Positions 49,228 through 57,158 of a stretch of 57,158 nt of DNA are shown one piece after another. The notes below the pieces were generated by a model that saw only the letters and a list, made by a program, of their open reading frames with translations, was not told where the DNA came from and did no database searches. Position numbers and translations under genes: made by a program. The DNA is taken from contig JANJGN010000724.1 in assembly GCA_026770705.1 (NCBI GenBank), positions 248,001 to 305,158 of the forward strand, in the 5' to 3' direction. This DNA is from Isurus oxyrinchus. Lineage: Eukaryota. Position 1 is the stretch's first letter; every line of letters begins with the position of its first letter.

Positions 49228-50760
49228 GTACAGGAGCTGTTTACACTCACTCCAAAGCTTCAATCTCAGTGTGTAGACAACACGTGTCCCAGATTCCCAG
49301 CCCAGTTACCCACTGATTTGTACCTGTGGAGTCAGCAATGGTTCAGTATCATGCAGTCTCTCTGTTATGACACAGCAACTGGTAAAGGCTGTTGTTTAAA
49401 ATCCCAGAGGGAAACTTTAAACAACTGTCATAACCTATATTTCCCAGTGGAATGTTTGAGATGCATCTCTAAATTCAGGAGTAAGACCACCAGTTCTTGA
49501 GATGGTTTTATATCAAACTACTTGAGACATTTATTAATTTACACAAGTTAAACATATGCACATGGCTACAAACTAGTATTATCATAAATTTTTAACAAAT
49601 TCTCAAACTAATCTCCTCTAAGACAACCCATTGTCTTTAAGTAGACACCCAGGCAAAGCATTTTCACCTCACAAATTCCAAATGAGGTTCCTTTCACTTT
49701 GGTTCCTTTGCAGACAAGTGTAGGCTTACAGCTGCTTTGCTGTTACAAGCGTCTGCTCTGCACACACAAAACTGCTCAAGTTATACCCAGCTCTTGAGTG
49801 TAAAGAAGACGGAGATTGATACGCTCTTGATTGGTCAGGGGATCAAAGGTTAGGAGAGAAGGTTGGAGAATTGGGTTTGTGAAACCTATCAGCCATGTAT
49901 GAATGGTGGAGCAGACTCGATGGACCGAATGGTCTAATTTCTCCTCCTATGTCTTATGGTCTTATGGCTTCTGTTTGAAGGTAAATTCGCAATGTATCAT
50001 CAGGACCTTTGAACTCCATCTCTTCCAATAATAAATCCCCTTTCATCGTATCAATTTTATTAGTAATATAAACGTTGATTGGTTTAAGATTTCACTCTCA
50101 GACTTTGAATGTTTTATTTAAAAATGCAAATTACCACTTTACCTCTTTGTTTACATCTCAAAACTACTATACATCAAAGCACACAGACTGGCTGGCTTTA
50201 ATCCAATTTAAATACACACAGACACACACACAGACTAAACCTCTGTTTAAAAAGACAGTTTGCAATTACATTACATACATTAATAGATTCATAACACTCT
50301 GTCTCTGTCCCTTCATCTCTATCTCTCTCTCTAATCCTCTCTCTGATTACAAGGATCATGTTATTGAGCCTCACACCAGGCACCTGTGTGCAGAATCCAA
50401 GCCGTCACTCACCAGAGCCATTACCGATTGAGTGCGAGACTGACAGCGGGTCAGTACTGAGGGAGTGCTGCACAGTTGGAGGGTCAGTACTGAGGGAGTA
50501 CTGCACTGTTGGAGGGTCAGTACTGAGGGAGTGCTGCACTGACAGAGGGTCAGTACTGAGGGAGTGCTGCACTGTTGGAGGGTCAGTACTGAGGGAGTGC
50601 TGCACTGACAGAGGGTCAGTACTGAGGGAGTGCTGTACTGCCATTGGTGGTTTCTTTTATCCGATAGGAGAGAGAGAATTAAATGAGTCTGCACAATAAT
50701 TTAACCCTATCAGTAACAGTAATTGATGTGAGGATGTCTTCTGTTTCCATTTCTCTGTAG

Positions 50761-51009
50761 GGTAAACAGAACGTGCTGATTACTGAGCCCCAGAACACAA
50801 CCAGAGACACAACTAGTGAGGGGGAGACCCCAGCTCCCCGGGGTCTCTCTAAAGGTCCAGTGGGAGGCGATGTTGGACATGGGAACCCCGACAAACCTGA
50901 AGAGTTTCTCTACGCCAATCCCCAAGTCTTGAGGATGTCCAGTGGTGATGGGTCTGTCCACAGGGAAGAGGAGACGGAATACGCACAGATCAGGTTCGAG
51001 CATAACTGA
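50761..51009 (+). CDS. Terminal tail exon copy 3 (ITSM only)
   Basis: Intact acceptor and ORF, TEYAQI. Confidence 0.7.
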   Translation, partial: GKQNVLITEPQNTTRDTTSEGETPAPRGLSKGPVGGDVGHGNPDKPEEFLYANPQVLRMSSGDGSVHREEETEYAQIRFEHN

Positions 51010-51206
51010 ATGAGAAATGGGGAGAGTGAGTGAGGAGGTATCAGGGTGGGGGTAGTGATTGAGATTCCTGGGAACAGGAAACAACCCACTGGGGGAGAGG
51101 GGGAGAGAGGGAGGAAGGGATGGAATTGGGCTGCGGTTGGTGTGGTTTGGAATGAAATGCTTCTCCAGAGAGGACTGGATGCTGAGCCATTGGGGATAGA
51201 GATTCA

Positions 51207-51241
<35 letters not shown>

Positions 51242-52195
51242 GCTCTCTCCCTCTCTCTCTCTCTCTCTCCCTCCCTCTCTCTGTCTTTCTTTCTGTGTCT
51301 GTCTCTCATTCTCTATCTCCAGCTCCTCCTTTAAGATGCCCGTTAATAACTGACTTTGTTGACTCAGCTGTTGGTCTCCTGTCCCTAATATCTCCTCATG
51401 TGCCTCAGAGTCAGGTGAAGATGTCACTAACAAGCCCCGGATGAGCCTTTGCACATTTTGCTACATTGAAGGTGCTATATAAATGCAAGTAGTTGTAGTA
51501 ACTCTGATCTGCTTCGATTAACAATGGAACCACAAAGGCTCCTTCAACAGGGCGTGTGTGCAGCAGGGTCACAATAAATACATTGAGCTGTGAGATTTTT
51601 AATTCTTTCATCGAATGTGGCTGTCACTGGTGATGTCAGCGTTAATGCCCATCCCTAATTGCCCTTGAGAAGGTGGTGGTGAGCTGCCTTCTTGACCCGC
51701 TGCAGTCCATGTGGTGTAGGTACACCCACAGTGCTGTTAGAGAGGGAGTTCCAGGATTTTGACCCAGCGACAGTGAAGGAACGGTGATATATTTCCAAGT
51801 CAGGATGGTGAGTGACTTGGAGGGGAACTTCCAGGTGGTGGTGTTCCCATGTGTCTGCTGCCCTTGTCCTTCTAGATGATAGAGGTCGTGGGTTTGGAAG
51901 GTGCTGTTGAAGGATCCTTGCTGAGTTGCTGCAGTGCATCTTGTAGATGGTACACACACTGCTGCCACTGTGTGTTCGTGGTGGAGGGAGTGAATGTTTA
52001 ATGTGGTGGATGGGGTGTAGATCAATCGAGCTGCTTTGTCCTGGATGGTGTCAAGCTTCTTGATTCTGTGCTTTGTGCAGAACTGATTTAAAGAGACAGT
52101 CCAGTTGTTGGTGTAAGGTTACAGTGGGCTCTGTGTCTGTGCTGCACTGACTCTCTGCTATATGATAACAACAGTGTGATATTGTGTTATTGCAG

Positions 52196-52277
52196 GAGAA
52201 AGACAGCGATGGAGGAGAGAGTTTCAGGGACCAGTGACATTGCATTGACCCCCAGTTCACTCTCTGTGAAGCACCAG
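52196..52277 (+). CDS. Juxtamembrane exon copy 4
   Basis: Intact splice sites and frame (one P>S change). Confidence 0.65.
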
Positions 52278-53809
52278 GTACAGGAGCTGTTTACACTCAC
52301 TCCAAAGCTTCAATCTCAGTGTGTAGACAACACGTGTCTAGATTCCCAGCCCAGTTACCCACTGATTTGTACCTGTGGAGTCAGCAATGGTTCAGTATCA
52401 TGCAGTCTCTCTGTTATGACACAGAAACTGGTAAAGGCTGTTGTTTAAAATCCCAGAGGGAAACTTTAAACAACTGTCATAACCTATATTTCCCAGTGGA
52501 ATGTTTGAGATGCAGCTCTAAATTCAGGAATAAGACCACCAGTTCTTGAGATGGTTTTATATCAAACTACTTGAGATATTTATTAATTTACACAAGTTAA
52601 ACATATGCACATGGCTACAAACTAGTATTATCATAAATTTTTAACAAATTCTCAAACTAATCTCCTCTAAGACAACCCATTGTCTTTAAGCAGACACCCC
52701 GGCAAAGCATTTTCACCTCACAAATTCCAAATGAAGTTCCTTTCACTTTGGTTTTTTTGCAGACAGGTGTAGGCTTACAGCTGCTTTGATGTTACAAGCG
52801 TCTGCTCTGCACACACAAAACTGCTCAAGTTATACCCAGCTCTTGAGTGTAAAGAAGACGGAGATTGATACGCTCTTGATTGGTCAGGGGATCAAAGGTT
52901 AGGAGAGAAGGTTGGAGAATTGGGTTTGTGAAACATATCAGCCATGTATGAATGGTGGAGCAGACTCGATGGACCGAATGGTCTAATTTCTCCTCCTATG
53001 TCTTATGGTCTTATGGCTTCTGTTTGAAGGTAAATTCGCAATGTATCATCAGGACCTTTGAACTCCATCTCTTCCAATAATAAATCCCCGTTCATCGTAT
53101 CAATTTTATTAGTAATATAAACGTTGATTGGTTTAAGATTTCACTTTCAGGCATTTAATGTTTTATTTACAAATGCAAATTACCACTTTACCTCTTTGTT
53201 TACATCTCAAAACTACTATACATCAAAGCACACAGACTGGCTGGCTTTAATCCAATTAAAATACACACAGGCACACACACAGACTAAACCTCTGTTTAAA
53301 AAGACAGTTTGCAATTACATTACATACATTAATAGATTCATAACACTCTGTCTCTGTTCTTTCATCTCTATCTCTCTCTCTAATCCTCTCTCTGATTACA
53401 AGGTTCATGTTATTGAGCCTCACACCAGGCACCTGTGTGCAGCATCCAAGCCGTCACTCACCAGAGCCATTACCGATTGAGTGCGAGACTGACAGAGGGT
53501 CAGTACTGAGGGAGTGCTGCACTGTTGGAGGGTCAGTACTGAGGGAGTGCTGCACTGACAGAGGGTCAGTACTGAGGGAGTGCTGCACTGTCGTTGGGTC
53601 AGTACTGAGGGAGCGCTGTATTGTCAGAGGGTCAGGACTGAGGGAGTGCTGCACTGTTGGAGGGTCAGTCCTGAGGGAGTGCTGCACTGCCATTGGTGGT
53701 TTCTTTTATCCGATAGGAGAGAGAGAATTAAATGAGTCTGCACAATAATTTAACCCTATCAGTAACAGTAATTGATGTGAGGATGTCTTCTGTTTCCATT
53801 TCTCTGTAG

Positions 53810-54058
53810 GATGAACAGAACGTGCTGATTACTGAGCCCCAGAACACAAAGAGAGACGCAACTAGCGAGGGGGAGACCCCAGCTCCCCGGGGTCTCTCTG
53901 AAGATGCAGTGGGAGGCGATGTTGGACATGGGAACCCCGACAAACCAGACGAGCTTTTCTACGCCAACATCAACTTTTCAAAGCTGCCCAGCGGTGACAG
54001 GACTGTGCACAGGAGCGAGGACACGGAATACACACAGATCAGGTTCCAGAAAAACTGA
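53810..54058 (+). CDS. Terminal tail exon copy 4 (..DELFYANINF..EDTEYTQIRFQKN*), ITIM + ITSM
   Basis: LFYANI fits (I/V/L/S)xYxx(L/V/I); TEYTQI fits TxYxx(V/I); same layout as CD33-related Siglec tails. Confidence 0.85.
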   Translation, partial: DEQNVLITEPQNTKRDATSEGETPAPRGLSEDAVGGDVGHGNPDKPDELFYANINFSKLPSGDRTVHRSEDTEYTQIRFQKN

Positions 54059-54249
54059 GTGTGAAACAGGGAGCGGGGCTGTGGGGTGTGTGCAGCCAAC
54101 ATGGCCAAATAGTAATGAACACAAATATGATGTTGCTCAACTTTTTTTATTGATTCTGAGTGAGCTTTCTGAATGCTGCACCTTTTTCCATGCTGTAAAA
54201 GATTGTGAGAAGCTTATGTATTATGTATAATTTTACTTCTGTTAATACA

Positions 54250-56345
54250 AGGTGAGGTGAGAGTGACTGCCTTTGACATCAAGGCTGCATTTGACCGAGT
54301 GTGGCATCTAGGATCCCGAGCAAAACTGGAGTCAATGGGAATCAGGGGTGGTACGAAATTATAATAATTTGCATAATATTTTCCTGGTTTGTTGTAAACT
54401 AGGTTTATGGGTGTGAGTGTAGATGGGTCTGTCTGTGTGGTTTAATTACATCTGGAGTCAGGTAGACTGCAAGTTTGAGATTATCAGAAGAAGCTAGGTG
54501 TAGAAATGTACTTGAAATGCTAATGAGTGAACATAGAGGCTTTCTTTGCATGTGAGGTGAGAAAGGGAATTTGCATTTTTAGATAAGTGACGTGATTGTT
54601 TGGATTTCAAAGGGCTGTTGGTCTGTTTACAACGAGGCCGATATGCAAGGCAAAGGAGTGTGTTTATTTTTCCCACAGGTTATTGACAACATTGGCAACA
54701 TGAAAGTTTTTATATTATGGGAAAAGTATAATTCCCAAGACATTTGGAACAATGAAATTTACATATCAAAGAGAGAGAAACATCAACAAAGGAGAATGAA
54801 AGGCTATTTTGGGGACCATGTAAAATCTAACAAGAGTGTGTGAATCAGCCTTGAAGAAGCCTCCAGGCATTTGTCCATAGGTCTGTTATGTTCAGTGACT
54901 GTCGTTCGAGAAAGCCATTTGGAAATCCACTCTCAAGTGTGTTTTGTGTTAACTTGCTGGTTTTGTTTTTAAATCTGAAATCTATTTTGGTTTATTGCCT
55001 AAAAGGAGTTTTACTGCTCACTTCCAGACTTCCCAATGCCTGACCACCATCTTCAAGGTTAATTAGGAAGTTTAGGATTTGTTATAGTAGTAACCGTATC
55101 CTTATGTGTGCGCTTTAAATCTTAAATAAATATTAAAATTTAATTTTTAAGCTCTCTAAATGTCTTGGTTGACACATTACTCCTGAATTCAGTGCACACA
55201 TCTCATAATAAATACAAATTGCAAAACCGTTGTGATAGTGTGACCAAGTTTCCCTTGTGGATTTGGTCCCCTGGCACACATCATCTACCACATCATAACA
55301 GAGGGAAAACTCTCCACTGGTTGGAGCCATACCCAGCACAAAGGAAGATAGTTGTGGTTGTTGGAGGTCAATCATCTCAGTTCCAGGACATCACTGCAGG
55401 AGTTACTCAGGGTAGTGTCCAAGGCCCAACCACCTTCAGCTGCTTCATCAATGACCTTCCTTCCATCATAAGGACAGAAGTGTGGATGTTCACTGATGAT
55501 TGCACAATGTTCAGCACCATTCACGACTCCTCAGATACTGAAGCAGTCCTTGTCCAAATGCAGCAAGACCTGGACAATATCCAGGCTTGGGCTGACAAGT
55601 GTCAGGCAATGACCATCTGCATAAGAGAGAATCTAACTATCGCTCCTTGATGTTCAATGACATTACCACTGCTGAATACCCCACTATCAACATCCTGGTG
55701 GTTACCATTGACCAGAAATTGTACTGGACCAGCCATAAAAATACTGTGGTTTCAAGAGCAGGTCAGAGGCTGGGAATCATGCAGTGAGTAACTCACTCCA
55801 GACTCCCCAAATCCTGTCCACCGTCTTCAAGGCACAGGTCAGGAGTGTGATGGAAGACTCTCCACTTGCCTGGATGAGTGCAGCTCCAACAAGATTCAAT
55901 AAACTCAACACCACTCAGGACAAAGCAGCCCCACTAGTTCAGCTCCCCATCCACAAACATTCACTCTCTGCACAACCGACACACAGTAGCAGCAGTGTGT
56001 ACCATCTACAAGGTGCACTGCAGGAACTCACCAAAACTCCTTAGGCAGCACCTTCAAACACACGACCACTACCATCTCAAAGTACAGGTCAGCAGATACA
56101 TGGTAACACCCACCACCTGGAAGTTACCCTCCAAGTCACTCACTATCCTGACTTGGAAATATATCGGCCGTTCCTTCACAGTCACTGCGTCCTAATTCTG
56201 GAACTCCCTCCCTAACAGCATTGTGGGTGTACCTACACCACATGGACTGCAACAGTTCAAGAAGGCAGCTCATTACCATATTCTCAAGGGCAATTAGGGA
56301 TGGGCAATAATTCTGGCCTCGCCAGTTCCGTCCACATCCATAAAT
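54250..56345 (+). mobile_element. CR1/L2-clade LINE RT and 3' fragment
   Basis: DIKAAFDRVWH, QGSVQGPTTFSCFINDLP, MFTDDC; its 3' part matches the minus-strand fragments at the start of each tandem unit. Confidence 0.85.
54349..55300 (+). mobile_element. Solo LTR nested in the LINE
   Basis: TG..CATAACA termini interrupt the LINE at ATCAGGGG|GAGGGAAAACTC. Confidence 0.7.
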
Positions 56346-57158
56346 GAATATAAAAAACAAGCAATTAAAATGCTCAGACATTTCTCTATATTGTTTTTCA
56401 AATGAAATACCATACTCTGGTGAATAACTAAATTCTCCAAGGCACCATTTCCTGTTATCACATGCCCTTTTCATTATTTACAATCATGTACCTTCGTTTG
56501 TAATGTAACATTCCCATGTAAAACATGTCACACTGTAGTTACAACCTCCTGCCAGTGGCGGTGCTCTAGTGTCATAGTTTTACCTCTCAGAAGATGGAGG
56601 AAATATATCCACTGTGTTACAATATTAGAAAAACTCAGGGGTGACCAGGGGATTCTTTAGGTCATGTTTACGATGTTGTTAAGATACAAGGGGCCAGTTG
56701 GATTTTCCTACTGCGTTTACAATGTTGTTAAGACAGGATTCGGGTGAAAGATGACCTTCAACCCATCATCCCTCTCATGCCGCGAGGGAACAATAGGCTT
56801 AAGACAGGGCCTGGCAGTTCGTGGGAACAGTCCCTGTGCCCGATTGGATAGGCTCAAAGTGAACCCAATGTTGGGTCTTGAGCCTCAAGATCCTGGAACA
56901 GCCACAGAGTGGACACCTTGGATGGATGTCAAAAACCCCATGGACACTTTTTGGGTGAAGTGTAGGGGGTGGGTATGGAGTCGGGTGGGGCAGTTATCCC
57001 CAGTGTCCTGGGACCAATATTTATCCCTAAACCAACATCATTAAAAAAAAAACAGATGTTCTGGGTCTGTATCTCACTGCTGTTTGTGGGATCCTGCTGT
57101 GCAGAAATTGTCTGCCATGTTTCCTACTGTTCCACAGCATCCACTGTTCAAAAACATT

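Larger units (their letters stand above)
42634..53945 (+). repeat. Four tandem ~2.9-3.05-kb units (starts ~42634, 45535, 48540, 51590)
   Basis: Each unit has a LINE fragment, juxtamembrane exon, solo LTR, 33-mer array and terminal exon. Confidence 0.93.

Overview
Eukaryotic, repeat-rich vertebrate DNA, most likely a cartilaginous fish (inferred from DeuSINE/SacSINE-like, CR1, L2, Gypsy and Penelope-like repeats). It contains a rearranged cluster of CD33/MAG-type Siglec (sialic-acid-binding Ig-like lectin) genes, most of whose exons are missed or misframed by the ORF track. (1) Minus strand: one apparently intact gene, leader 22090-22129, V-set 14701-15078, C2-set 10026-10322, and TM/short-tail exon 7738-7877. 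It encodes a 284-aa receptor with an Arg inside the TM and no tail tyrosine, i.e. an activating-type Siglec; a second, stop-containing V exon lies within it. (2) Plus strand: a decayed leader/V/C2 unit (27-31.5 kb), then a satellite-bracketed module (32.2-37 kb) with promoter, intact leader, deleted V+C2 and an identical Arg-TM exon. (3) Further on the plus strand: a C2 exon, an assembly gap, one TM exon and four tandem ~3-kb cassettes, each with a juxtamembrane exon plus a terminal tail exon. Cassettes 1-3 have only an ITSM; cassette 4 has ITIM+ITSM. Also present are an orphan ITIM terminal exon at 24.3 kb and, at the window start, two candidate exons of a secreted peptide with hepcidin-like layout. 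Exon boundaries were read by eye from GT/AG sites and splice phases; repeat boundaries are approximate.
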